Notes: generated from the letters alone by a model not told the origin. Positions 31,701 through 39,682 are shown, counted from the first letter of the stretch. The stretch is 64,000 nt of DNA from Candidatus Woesearchaeota archaeon (GCA_018303325.1 JAGVYH010000001.1:24849-88848); one strand, 5' to 3'. Numbers and translations: made by a program.

Positions 31701-32535
31701 TTGCATCATAATAAGTTTCTCCATTTGTTACTTTAATTTTATCAAGTTTAACACAATTTCCAAACACAACATTCCCAGTTAACATCTTCAACAACTTCTT
31801 AAATGCGTTACCTACCGGATTTCCTTTTTCATCTTTAAGCGTATTCAACGAATTAATATACGCTTTCAATTCACTTGAAAAACCCATCTCCTTTGGCTCT
31901 ATCGCCAAATCTAATTGCAATTTAGGTGAATCAATTGTATTCAAAAACACTGCATCATATCTTTTGGAATATTTATGCCATTCTGTAAATATAGTATCTT
32001 TAATGCTTGTATCTCCATTTAAATATTTGAGATGGTTAGTCATTAATGTATTCACATCTAACTTGTTATCTTTCAAATATTTCAAGAAATGTTCAAAAGT
32101 TCCAGGCACATTACTTAGCCCATTACCATCAAAAGAAACATCATTTTTTATTGCATTAGCATATACAAATTCACCAAAATCATCTTCGGTTAATATTCCA
32201 GACGATTTAAGAGTGTAAAACTCATTAACGTATTCTGGTTTTATGTCAATAATCCCTTCTTCTTGTTCTTCTAACACTGGATAGAGTGCATAATATTCTT
32301 TAATATTATCGAATGATAGTTGCGGAACCTCTTGTAATGGCTTCTCTATTTCTAATAATGAAGCTTCTTTATAATAGATAGGATTATATTTTATCACTTC
32401 CCCCACCAAATCCTTCACATCCTTAAAACTATCATATTTGCCATAAAGAATTGTAATATTGAGAGAAACAGCTGTAAGTAAGACTAAGAAAGCTAGAGTA
32501 AATGCTATTTTATGCTTGGGATGTATTCTCCCCAT
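25753..32535 (-). CDS. Giant (2260 aa) surface protein: parallel beta-helix (NosD/PbH1) repeats, LamG, Cys-rich DCGG repeats, TM anchor
   Basis: N-terminal TM; N.F..N repeats; GLIDEFKIYNKVLS; NQGETDVDCGG repeats; YYW-TM; paired GY/GW domains. Confidence 0.9.
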   Translation of the reverse strand: MGRIHPKHKIAFTLAFLVLLTAVSLNITILYGKYDSFKDVKDLVGEVIKYNPIYYKEASLLEIEKPLQEVPQLSFDNIKEYYALYPVLEEQEEGIIDIKPEYVNEFYTLKSSGILTEDDFGEFVYANAIKNDVSFDGNGLSNVPGTFEHFLKYLKDNKLDVNTLMTNHLKYLNGDTSIKDTIFTEWHKYSKRYDAVFLNTIDSPKLQLDLAIEPKEMGFSSELKAYINSLNTLKDEKGNPVGNAFKKLLKMLTGNVVFGNCVKLDKIKVTNGETYYDAKDDLTNGYYFTGSNDDSITPICAGTYDLQGPIKLADQGKFFCEKGTIIKANNYNDVAVELKESSHGNFIISGCTFEGFNTAINGAFTADTSDIEIFHNTFKNNVAAIKLNNLKENAGDEQGLEFPTAKIIGNTFENNNEQLMGIFIPSFDGEVIISNNLFTNSLVSLSGPIIDENAVPKIRITKNYFKSANNMPAYSTYIIVLNLDEGTVYGNRLENAQSQQGSIVVSSSSNIIVSNNLITSAIVDQADTTTGVSFHTVTESYFVDNNLNGFNKAVAVKNNVNNLVIDKNVFKNNKLVLEIENSDNNIISNNDFIQNEGKPVSPNLLLKKVGIIISNSLNNKFYENLFPQIDNFILFGSSTNNYLYNVADSLIYINDEPSSAYMYYPLTFDIKRKYIDAANTEKTEPLEMAQINVDDTTANNKIDVVRALYGIANVPLNQNIYLYGFTKKVNNVKELQKSYTYSITYGKDDQGIVIKLDKNIITDLISQQNIAVEFNDDCISPPVDYNINYKIFEPSSSIYTELIPLLPIKVNPDNGQNEYTNILINKDTTFCSGLYEIYDGDFETEGKKGIIQFDVDAITPINLKCKGTQFKGNEINGNKQGAGIYINQKDNVNVEGCTLTNYDNGLLAVGSKNVGIKGNTFKENNIGLQLNQEDEQTGISAEIKLNTFEFNKDWNLLFINPSSTDVSYIFNNIFKNTNTVHHPPVQFDLLENNADTPDSQVMLYKDGYGNYWEDYSDVVKTACSDIFQNYKDVYEDADKGNDEFCDKAYQFKVNDNDLKYDLLDKYPHLTLIDFSTIIPKTSATVSLSVNENNNLVATTKDYESFVTGVAYNWFVDYTSLTVLNLPMNKWDTTGNEMYKLKDISGNNLIAYAGDETGQNAPELVDDGVGKAMKFSGDEFIKIPSTQNLDNVDEISIEFLFNIAITQDNMLIVRANKNEGFLIGANKKEEDGIIKNNFVFMLFKNVDINGKKTSIPVKTIESTLNPLYSWHHFVGIFDKTTSKLEFYVDNVKITNVDNDDFTGNEDLIFNNNGLYLGTFPKEYVTENMKQDNGFKGLIDEFKIYNKVLSPEQIQANYAHLFELGGELKGVIGASGQALKKNIILPSIHGDCGNWKVKSYLTTNEGFLISTDALEAEYNSFLCGLEVCTTDTDCDAPKKCLLSDKIIDDKLVSVCDYNPCTNDADCGAGESCAFGKCLVCKGFKKGVNNEVTDDMEITEPTLICAGTYTINDANNDGAIKITKDKVALICQNNVNIIGPETEYDKTISKGSIGISAVGKNAVISNCNISKFNTGIAAGDSNMFVIDRNGLRDNTVAVDIFNIKSITLSNNIIYDNLIGLKVKGKTSPYILNSNITNNQYNSFADNELNSATISLSNLSNSKHLIDLAITDDNLNFLKSINNKDIIIKLQSTNVPIFKFYDTFFDDVYFYTDESLSDTDKQLANANIKRYWTLTANVVKSTDTMSPVESASIEITSNADELNQFGGMVDVNEDNVVDDKDVSYTDKDGLTLLYLLANITDKVQSTTKKDLNPYTITAFKAAGLSGAKPAVSAPFTIKEPTFKKLDLDTGKEFEIPKVFESTAAQSSSTGSGGSSYEKTCSPLVDDKCKLKYKYTPCVLQGNLSYPTKIFTCNSTNDCGMRLFVEPCEGNAPSYAQGCNNKIKDLFEEGVDCGGPCSAQCPATCTDKKQNQGETDVDCGGSSTAGGAGGTGANNCAKCLDDKKCSVNENCKSGFCKNGWCKQAACYDGFKNQDETNVDCGGKTCAPCQGKQEATCYDNIINQGETDVDCGGPCKSCTPILEQPKGFNYYWLLLLLLLIPLIGVLFYVGYSQYQAQHKPIPPMSKGLNGLKGLKGLPPIEGLKLSKELEAEFGKPSKLSNKPMPLKKEIFTEFDNVIKDEIKKLLDEGKSKHEINEALKAKGYPHEKVNYLFENSLHELLPKTYDEQLKKYINYYLSRGMSKTAIKEALLEKGWNKKIIDGVFKG

Positions 32536-32666
32536 GACTCACCACTTTTATTAAATTATTCACACTTTTTTATTGATAGATATATCTTTCTATAAGTAAT
32601 ATATAAATCTTTTTTATTTGTTTATATATAATTTTGTTTCTTAATAGTCTTAATTCCGTTTTTTTC

Positions 32667-32727
32667 GCTCTCAATCCTGGGTTCCGCCCACAGCTCGTTT
32701 TAAGGACGAAGTCCACCGTCACATGAA
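32667..32727 (+). mobile_element. Family D element, left half only
   Basis: GCTCTCAAT...GGAC-GAA-GTCC-ACCGTCACATGAA. Confidence 0.65.
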
Positions 32728-32837
32728 TATAAGTCTCATTAAAAAGTAAATAATGCAATATATCTCGTTACAAAAAGTGTCAAAATGTGACACTTTTAAA
32801 AACAGAATGGAAAACTTTATATATAATACTATGTTAA

Positions 32838-33443
32838 GTGATAGTAATGGGCAAGATAATTAAGATTTATGAGGCATTACTTAATAGAAAAGAAAAGGTG
32901 TGCCACAGAACAGAAGTAGTTGAAATAATAAAGGAATATAATAAAAACCTAGGCCATATTGACTGTGAAAATACTTTAAAATATCTTTCAAGGCATAATT
33001 ATATAAAAAGAATTTTTCTAAATTTTTATTATGTAAATTCTTTGGATGAAAGAGAAAGGAAGTTTTGCAGCTATGAAGATAAAGAACTTCTGTTTACAGT
33101 ACTTAACGGGCTTGGCATAAAATGGTATGTTGGCCTAAATTCATCTTTATATCTTCTTGGGAAAATATGGCAGACACCAAGTGTTTTATCAATAATTAAT
33201 GATAAAATAAGTGGAAGGAAAAAAATATTAGGTTCGAATGTAAGATTTATGAAAATCAAAAGCAGCCTTATTTTTGGGCTTAAAAAAAATAAAACGAAAC
33301 ATAATATAATTTACTGCTATTCAGATTTAACAAAAACTTATCTTGATTTTGTTTATTTTAAAATATCAAAAAAACAGATAAATACAAAGGAAATAGGAAA
33401 ATATCTTAAGAGGTATCCTACTTGGTTCAAAAAATTAATATAA
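32838..33443 (+). CDS. Divergent AbiEi-like antitoxin
   Basis: WYVGLNSSLYLLG..WQ and KTYLDFVY; upstream of AbiEii; palindrome AAAAGTGTCA/TGACACTTTT in the promoter. Confidence 0.7.
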   Translation: MIVMGKIIKIYEALLNRKEKVCHRTEVVEIIKEYNKNLGHIDCENTLKYLSRHNYIKRIFLNFYYVNSLDERERKFCSYEDKELLFTVLNGLGIKWYVGLNSSLYLLGKIWQTPSVLSIINDKISGRKKILGSNVRFMKIKSSLIFGLKKNKTKHNIIYCYSDLTKTYLDFVYFKISKKQINTKEIGKYLKRYPTWFKKLI

Positions 33444-34342
33444 ATAAATATGTTGCAGATGTCAAAAAAAATCTTTGTATAGAAGCCCCGGATGAAATAG
33501 TTGAAAAAGATCTGTTGTTGACTCTGATTCTTGCTGAGTTTGAAAAAAGAAAGTTGGAAAAAGAACTGATATTTAAAGGAGGCACTCTTTTGTCAAGAAA
33601 CTATCTGAACTATCATAGATTTTCAGAAGACTTGGATTTTGTTCATAAGGACTCTAATAAATTGCGTGAATTAAAAAGAAATACGCGTGAAAAAAGAATC
33701 AAACAGTTTATAGATTATTTCGTTCCTGAATTAAAAGAAGTTGCAAATATATTAAATTTAGAATTTAGTACAGACAGAAGCAACACAAGATTTTGCACCA
33801 TTCTGCATGGAAGGGTTATTTATATTTTTAGGATTTATTATTCTGAAAATAATTTTATAAAAATTGAAATAAATTTTGTTGAAAAAATAATACACCCCCC
33901 TAAAAGAGTTTCAATAAAAGCGATAACGGACTTTTTTGATTCAAGAGAACTTTTATTTACTCTTGGCCTGAAAATTGAAAATTTTGTTGTTATGAGTTAT
34001 ACTTTAGAAGAAATAGTTCTCGAAAAATATCGTGCAATACTCACAAGAAGCGAGCTTAAGGAACGCGACCTTTTCGATCTTTTTTTAATAAAAAACATAT
34101 TTAATCCTAATATAAACCAGATAGTAGAAAAGATTAAGTGTTCCTCTTTGATAAGGAGAAATCTTAATATTATGATTAAGGAGAAACTCTTACTTCTTGA
34201 AAAAAATGAATTTTTCAGGAGTGATGAGAAAATAGAATATTTGACTATTATTCAGTATAATAAAATAGATTTTGAAAACTTAAAAGAAAAGATTAAACCA
34301 ATATTAATAGAAATTTGCAAGAAATTCTTGGAAATGTATTAA
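33422..34342 (+). CDS. abiEii: AbiEii-family nucleotidyltransferase toxin
   Basis: VEKDL, FKGGTLL, HRFSEDLDF, EKYRAIL and RDLFD motifs. Confidence 0.9.
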   Translation: MVQKININKYVADVKKNLCIEAPDEIVEKDLLLTLILAEFEKRKLEKELIFKGGTLLSRNYLNYHRFSEDLDFVHKDSNKLRELKRNTREKRIKQFIDYFVPELKEVANILNLEFSTDRSNTRFCTILHGRVIYIFRIYYSENNFIKIEINFVEKIIHPPKRVSIKAITDFFDSRELLFTLGLKIENFVVMSYTLEEIVLEKYRAILTRSELKERDLFDLFLIKNIFNPNINQIVEKIKCSSLIRRNLNIMIKEKLLLLEKNEFFRSDEKIEYLTIIQYNKIDFENLKEKIKPILIEICKKFLEMY

Positions 34343-34365
34343 AAGCACAAAATAATCGCAATTAC

Positions 34366-34500
34366 TAAGCCTGCCAGTCAGCTTTGGCGAAAACCCACAG
34401 AATAAGTGTACTATAGAACCATAGAGTTTTTCAAATGTTTTCGCTTCCTTTTTTGTCTTACGAATATAATAGCAAAGCTGACAACTTAAGGGCAGGCTTA
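34366..34500. repeat. Family E nested-stem element, short copy
   Basis: TAAGCCTGCC/GGCAGGCTTA, GTCAGCTTTG/CAAAGCTGAC and GCGAAAAC/GTTTTCGC. Confidence 0.85.
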
Positions 34501-34564
34501 ATACCTACTTATTTGTGAAAGAGTTATAACTGTTCATTTATTATTTCATTTTCTAAGTAATGGC

Positions 34565-35041
34565 CTAGGGTTTTCTTCTGCGCAGCCTAACCTTACTCCA
34601 TCCACTTTTAACTTGTTCTCCAATCTTAAAAGACCTTGCTATCGCTTTATTTTGTATATTCTTGGTCGCATCATAAGCAGTAAGAGTCATGCTTTTTGTT
34701 CTATCTTTAGCTTTGCTGGCAAATAGGTTGGTCTGATCTCGTGCGTGAACTGCAACTTTTCTCGTTCCGTCTCTTAGCGATTCATGATAAAAACGATAAC
34801 TAAGATAACGATTGATTTTATCTGCATATTCTTTTCCAACCCACCACAAACCCCATATTAAGATTAGCCAAGTTAAAAAATAAGATACAAGTAAAGCCCA
34901 CCATATCATCTGATTATTTAAGTATAATAGCAATAATATTTTAATTATCCCACCAGCAGTAAAACTAACTATAATTAACACAATTCCCACATAAAACTTC
35001 CACGAAAAGTTTCTTATCAATGATTCTGGTTTATTCATCAC
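34565..35041 (-). CDS. Hypothetical two-TM membrane protein
   Basis: Two hydrophobic helices and a basic tail. Confidence 0.65.
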   Translation of the reverse strand: MMNKPESLIRNFSWKFYVGIVLIIVSFTAGGIIKILLLLYLNNQMIWWALLVSYFLTWLILIWGLWWVGKEYADKINRYLSYRFYHESLRDGTRKVAVHARDQTNLFASKAKDRTKSMTLTAYDATKNIQNKAIARSFKIGEQVKSGWSKVRLRRRKP

Positions 35042-35105
35042 TTACCTTCCCCCTCATAATGTTCCTTTAATCACTTTTGTTTGTTACAGATGATTATAAT
35101 GTTTT

Positions 35106-35708
35106 TTATCCAACATAATGCTTCCTCAACAAGTTCAGGAAATGCTCTGCACCATATAAAACTATGTGTTTTTTAAGTAATTCATTGCCGACATTGAATT
35201 TTGCTGGATTTGACAGCATTTCATGCAGGCTTTCATCAAAAGCAATATTAATATCAAGTTTTCCTCTTGCTATTAAAGCATAACGGACTTCTTTTTCAAA
35301 ACTTCCATAATCATACTCTTTAGGAATAAGGAATAATAAGTCTATATCTGACTTTAATTTTGGTTTTTTCACTTGGCTCCCGAAAAGTATGCAGACAAAT
35401 TGTTTATTAATTCTTTTAATATCTTCTGTGACAAGTTTTACAGATGTGTTTTTTTTGCATATATTATTAGTTCTTTCAATTTCAGCGATAATATAATTAG
35501 TATTGTATTTTGCAATGTCAAGCTTCACAACATTGCTTTTCCCAACATTTTTAATAATTACATCACCAGATTTAGCCAGATTTTTAATTGTCATATAAGT
35601 TTGAAAATACTTTTGTTTAAGAATTCTTGCAATATCCATTATAGTCAAGTCTGTAGTTAAATCATCAAATAAACTTTTCAAAACTTTTAATTCATCTTTC
35701 TTTAACAT
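35106..35708 (-). CDS. HTH + MNT antitoxin (orphan)
   Basis: LFGSQV...SDIDLL; similar to 11178-11753. Confidence 0.85.
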   Translation of the reverse strand: MLKKDELKVLKSLFDDLTTDLTIMDIARILKQKYFQTYMTIKNLAKSGDVIIKNVGKSNVVKLDIAKYNTNYIIAEIERTNNICKKNTSVKLVTEDIKRINKQFVCILFGSQVKKPKLKSDIDLLFLIPKEYDYGSFEKEVRYALIARGKLDINIAFDESLHEMLSNPAKFNVGNELLKKHIVLYGAEHFLNLLRKHYVG

Positions 35709-35810
35709 TTTATTTTATTTATTTAATATTCTTTCTGTGATAATGTTACAATAAGTATTTTCTTATAAGCGTATAATAAAAAACTTATATATAAATTTTC
35801 TGCTTTTTTT

Positions 35811-35870
35811 GCTCTCAATCATGTTTCACGCTCTAAACTAGTATTATGGCGAAGCCATCTGTCTCATGAA
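35811..35870 (+). mobile_element. Family D element, left half only
   Basis: GCTCTCAAT...ATGGC-GAA-GCCAT-CTGTCTCATGAA. Confidence 0.65.
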
Positions 35871-35926
35871 GAATTTTTTAAAGTTTTTAAAGGCAGATTT
35901 ATTGTCAAAGAACCAAAATAGCAACT

Positions 35927-36148
35927 TTAGTGCCTAAAGCTGGGATTAGTATGCTGCCTGTAAGGATCAAGCGGCTTTTTCTTTTTATGAAGGCAGCTTT
36001 CGCAGAATATAAAGAATTTTGGAGAATCAGGAACCTGTGTTTTAATCAAATGATCATCGCAAAAATAAAGCCCGCAGGCATCACAGAAGTACATAGCTGA
36101 TTTTCCGCATTTTCTGCAAAGCCCGTCAACAAAAAATCTGTATCCCAT
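35927..36148 (-). CDS. Small zinc-finger protein
   Basis: CxxC, CxxC, CxxH and CxxC in 73 aa. Confidence 0.7.
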   Translation of the reverse strand: MGYRFFVDGLCRKCGKSAMYFCDACGLYFCDDHLIKTQVPDSPKFFIFCESCLHKKKKPLDPYRQHTNPSFRH

Positions 36149-36293
36149 TTTTACATCTGACTTCTTTTTTTGGATTTTTTAGTTTTTTTAAATTTCTTGG
36201 TGTTACACTATGTTACAGATTATATTATTAACATTATACTATTAACATTAAAACCTGCAAAATAAAAAAATATAACAAAAAAAACATAAAAAT

Positions 36294-36560
36294 TTACAAT
36301 AATTTATCCAAATCTTTTGCTGGCTTTTTTTCTTTGCCTTCTGATTTAGCCTTGCTTATAGCATCTTTTGCCTGAGCCTCTAAATCAACACCTAACTCTT
36401 TCAATGCCTTTATGTGCATCTGCATTAACTGCTCAACAATTTGGACAATTTTCAGCATTTCTTCCCTTTCTTTTGCAAGTGTTGATAAAGCGCCTTTATG
36501 AAAGCCAACCTGCTCATCCTTGCTGACATTAATCTTTTCCTTACCTTCAGTTTTTGTCAT
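36294..36560 (-). CDS. Conserved small coiled-coil hypothetical protein
   Basis: Likely start MTKTEG with GGTGA SD; EQVGFHKGALSTLAKEREEM. Confidence 0.7.
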   Translation of the reverse strand: MTKTEGKEKINVSKDEQVGFHKGALSTLAKEREEMLKIVQIVEQLMQMHIKALKELGVDLEAQAKDAISKAKSEGKEKKPAKDLDKLL

Positions 36561-36667
36561 AAATATCACCTTTAGTATTAATGATAGAGGTTTTAGTTTG
36601 GTTATATATAAAATTATTGGAAAAATCAGCTTCAACCAAAAAGTAATCATGCATTAGGTTTCAGTGC

Positions 36668-36783
36668 AAAAAATAACAACAATGGCACAGGCGAGGCGGG
36701 GGTTGCCCCCGTCGGGGTGCCGAGTAGGACATTTTCCATAGGAAAATGGCCGTCTGTTGCCATTGTTGTTGTTATTTTTTGCA
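36668..36783. ncRNA. Candidate structured RNA (three-way junction), unidentified
   Basis: GC-rich island with outer stem TGCAAAAAATAACAACAATGGCA/TGCCATTGTTGTTGTTATTTTTTGCA and two inner hairpins. Confidence 0.5.
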
Positions 36784-36870
36784 AATAATAAACAAAATTA
36801 AGAAAACTGAATAATGGATGAAGCGTTTTGTTTAACAAACTTTATAAAAATAGAATTTACTTAAAGAACC

Positions 36871-37278
36871 ATGAACGTCAAAGATCATGTAATTGTATCA
36901 GCGATAATAACAGTGTTTATATTCCCTGTTTACAGCTGGCTATCTTTGTTAGTCTTTCTAGGAGGAGTATTAATAGACATTGACCATTATTTGTGGTGGA
37001 TTTTTAACAAAAAAAACTTCTCGCTGAAAACAGCATATAAGTTTTTCAAAGATGATTATAATGGAAAAGAGGATTTGACTTTAATTTTCCACAGCATAGA
37101 ATTTTGGGCGTTAAGTTTAGTAATGGTTTATTTTTTTCCAGTCATCTTTCCATATTTCATCGGTCTGGCATCGCATATAACAATGGATTTATTCTTTTTT
37201 TTCAAATTCAGAAAGACGCATCCTCATCCTGTGGCGTATTGTCTGACGAGGAAGTATTTGTTAAACAAGCATTATTAA
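36871..37278 (+). CDS. Membrane-bound metal-dependent hydrolase-like protein (YdjM/DUF457-like)
   Basis: H..., GGVLIDIDH, FHSIE and SHITMD motifs. Confidence 0.75.
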   Translation: MNVKDHVIVSAIITVFIFPVYSWLSLLVFLGGVLIDIDHYLWWIFNKKNFSLKTAYKFFKDDYNGKEDLTLIFHSIEFWALSLVMVYFFPVIFPYFIGLASHITMDLFFFFKFRKTHPHPVAYCLTRKYLLNKHY

Positions 37279-37348
37279 AAACAAGAAATTCACCAAATGA
37301 ATTACCCAATCGCCTCAAGGGGCGGGGTAAAATTAGGCAAAAATTTAA

Positions 37349-37867
37349 TCACATTAATATTCTTTCAACAAACCCTCTCACTTTCTTCTCGCTTAGATTC
37401 TGCATCACTTCTTTTGTCGTCAGTTCAAGCAATGCAACTGGCTTTTTTCCGCACACCTTTTCCATCTCCCTAAATGTTCTTTCACTTCCAGATCCGCCCT
37501 GTGTGCAGAAGAATGCTGCCTTTGCAGAGGGGTTTAGTTTAGCTTTATTTTGCAGGATATACGTCCTTATCGGCGTTGACATTGTAAATGCCCAGACAGG
37601 CGTGCCAATTATAATTAGATCATATTTTGCAGAATTATACCTCGATTTTTTTATCCTCGTTAGGCTTTTCAGTGTCGCATCTTTTCCCGCGAACAAATAT
37701 CCTATTGCGCCTGACCTGTCTTTTGTGTCAATTATCTCTTCAATATCAACATTAATCTTTTTTGATTTAATAAAGGAAGTTAGACTATTTAATATTGCCC
37801 ATACAGCCTTTTTTGTTGTACCTGTTCTTGAATAGAACACAATTAATATTTTTGGGTTAGATTTCAT
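37349..37867 (-). CDS. Flavodoxin
   Basis: VFYSRTGTT, IGTPVWA and FFCTQGGSG motifs. Confidence 0.9.
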   Translation of the reverse strand: MKSNPKILIVFYSRTGTTKKAVWAILNSLTSFIKSKKINVDIEEIIDTKDRSGAIGYLFAGKDATLKSLTRIKKSRYNSAKYDLIIIGTPVWAFTMSTPIRTYILQNKAKLNPSAKAAFFCTQGGSGSERTFREMEKVCGKKPVALLELTTKEVMQNLSEKKVRGFVERILM

Positions 37868-37907
37868 ACCATTACTGTTAAATTAACAAAAATTTAAATA
37901 CTTTTTC

Positions 37908-38681
37908 ATGTTATCACCATTAAATACAATCTCAAAAGGAAAAATAGAGAATAAAACTATTCAGGTGAATAAAATTACATCCGAATTTAAAATACTGAAA
38001 CACATCGCAATAATCATGGACGGAAACAGAAGATATGCCAAAAAACTTAAATTATCATCAGGAAAAGGCCATGAAAAAGGCGCAGAGAAACTGTTTGATG
38101 TAGTTGACTGGTGCTTAGAATTTAAAATCAAAGAACTGACACTTTACACATTTTCTATGCAGAACTTTAACAGGCAGAAAAGCGAAGTGAAAACATTATT
38201 CTTTTTGTTTAAAAAATATTTCACTAAACTTAAAGACGACAAAAAAATTCATAATAACAGAATCAGAATAAGAATTATTGGCAGAACCCATCTTTTTCCC
38301 CCTGACTTGCAGAAAAGCATAAGAGAAATAACTGAAAAAACAAAAGATTACGATAATCTCATCATAAACTTTGCAATGGCATACGGCGGAAGGGAAGAGA
38401 TTGTTGACGCTGCAAAACAAATTGCAGAGGAAGTAAAATTCAGCGATTTAAATATTGAAGAAATAAATGAAAAATTATTTTCAGAAAAGCTTTATCTTAA
38501 TTCAGATCCTGATATTGTAATAAGAACAGGCGGAGACACAAGAACATCTAACTTTCTGCCATGGCAGACAATTTATTCTGAATGGTTTTTTACCAAAAGC
38601 TTATGGCCTGAGTTTTCCAAAGAAGAGTTTACAGGCATCTTAAACGAATTCAGAGAAAGGCAGAGACGGTTTGGGAAGTAG
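37908..38681 (+). CDS. uppS: cis-prenyltransferase (undecaprenyl/polyprenyl diphosphate synthase)
   Basis: HIAIIMDGNRRYA, YTFS..NFNR, YGGREEI and IRTGG..RTSNFLPWQ motifs. Confidence 0.96.
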   Translation: MLSPLNTISKGKIENKTIQVNKITSEFKILKHIAIIMDGNRRYAKKLKLSSGKGHEKGAEKLFDVVDWCLEFKIKELTLYTFSMQNFNRQKSEVKTLFFLFKKYFTKLKDDKKIHNNRIRIRIIGRTHLFPPDLQKSIREITEKTKDYDNLIINFAMAYGGREEIVDAAKQIAEEVKFSDLNIEEINEKLFSEKLYLNSDPDIVIRTGGDTRTSNFLPWQTIYSEWFFTKSLWPEFSKEEFTGILNEFRERQRRFGK

Positions 38682-38933
38682 AGATATATACAGGAGATTT
38701 ATACAAAAGCAACTAATTTATCAGAAAAGTAGTTGCTGTGTGTATATGTTTAAGTTCATACATTTATATTTTTTATATGTTTATATTTAAATGTCATCGC
38801 AAATAATTTGAATATTTTCTAGAGCTATTTAAACTGTTTCGGTCTCAGTTGAAAACTTTTCGGTTCTCGTCGGAAAACATGCGGAAAATCTGGCGATGGG
38901 TTTATTAAGGAGTTATGTCTTATATATTAGTCT

Positions 38934-39257
38934 ATGTTACCATCAAGAATAAAATATGCTGATGAAAAAGTACAAAAAGAGTTTGAAAGACTAAAAGAAA
39001 AGAATCCCGAATTATATAAATGGATTAACAATGCAATGGATATATTAGAAGAAGATGCACATTCAGGAATACAGATACAAAAAAGATTAATCCCTTATGA
39101 ATATATTAAAAAATATTCAGTTGATAATCTATGGAAATACAACTTACCAAAAGGGTGGAGATTAATATATTTTATAGGACATGAAGAGATTGTTGTCATT
39201 TGTATTATACTAGAATGGTTTGATCATAAAAGATATGAAAGAAGATTCAGATATTAA
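38934..39257 (+). CDS. RelE/ParE-like toxin-family protein
   Basis: NLWKYNLPKGWRLIY...ILEWFDHKRYERRF. Confidence 0.65.
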   Translation: MLPSRIKYADEKVQKEFERLKEKNPELYKWINNAMDILEEDAHSGIQIQKRLIPYEYIKKYSVDNLWKYNLPKGWRLIYFIGHEEIVVICIILEWFDHKRYERRFRY

Positions 39258-39577
39258 TCATAATTTCTTCTAAATAAATGTTTGTCCTTAAGCCACTCTT
39301 TTACTTTCTCAGGATAATAAGCCCAACCAATCTTTCCCACTGCATCAATAGATATTCTTCTGTTTTCATAAAGATAATCAATTATCACACAAAAGGTTTG
39401 ATACATCATCTTTTTCGGAAGATGCTCCCACAATGCTCTCTTTTTAAATTCACCGTCATACTTTTTTATAAATTTCTCTACCATCAGCACAGTATCTAAT
39501 CTGGGATATCTTAAAACCTGCCTCGTGCAAAGCGCTGTTTCTTTCTTTTTGCTTTTAATAGGTTTAATATTCTTCAT
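39254..39577 (-). CDS. Small wHTH-like protein, putative convergently encoded partner of the RelE-like gene
   Basis: YPRLDTVLMVE...LW..LPKKMMYQTF; 3' end overlaps the toxin-like gene. Confidence 0.6.
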   Translation of the reverse strand: MKNIKPIKSKKKETALCTRQVLRYPRLDTVLMVEKFIKKYDGEFKKRALWEHLPKKMMYQTFCVIIDYLYENRRISIDAVGKIGWAYYPEKVKEWLKDKHLFRRNYD

Positions 39578-39682
39578 GTTATATCAACTGATATAACAAG
39601 TAATATATATATTTTTCTGAAAAGAGTGGTTTTTTACCCTCAAACAAAAAGATTTATAACCCTTTTTCAATTACCTCAATAG

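Noticed and set aside
36668-36783. 5S rRNA, SRP RNA or tRNA-Leu fragment
   Set aside because: Only short resemblances (GACGGCCAT; GCGGGGGTTGCC); lacks the 5S CCGAAC loop, the SRP helix-8 motif and a T-arm.
37287-37348. Hairpin between convergent genes as another repeat family
   Set aside because: Single copy in the window (TTACCC...CGCC/GGCG-GGGTAA); a terminator-like structure is sufficient explanation.
37104-37835. 243 aa plus-strand ORF
   Set aside because: Antisense to flavodoxin and overlapping the hydrolase gene; no recognisable motifs.
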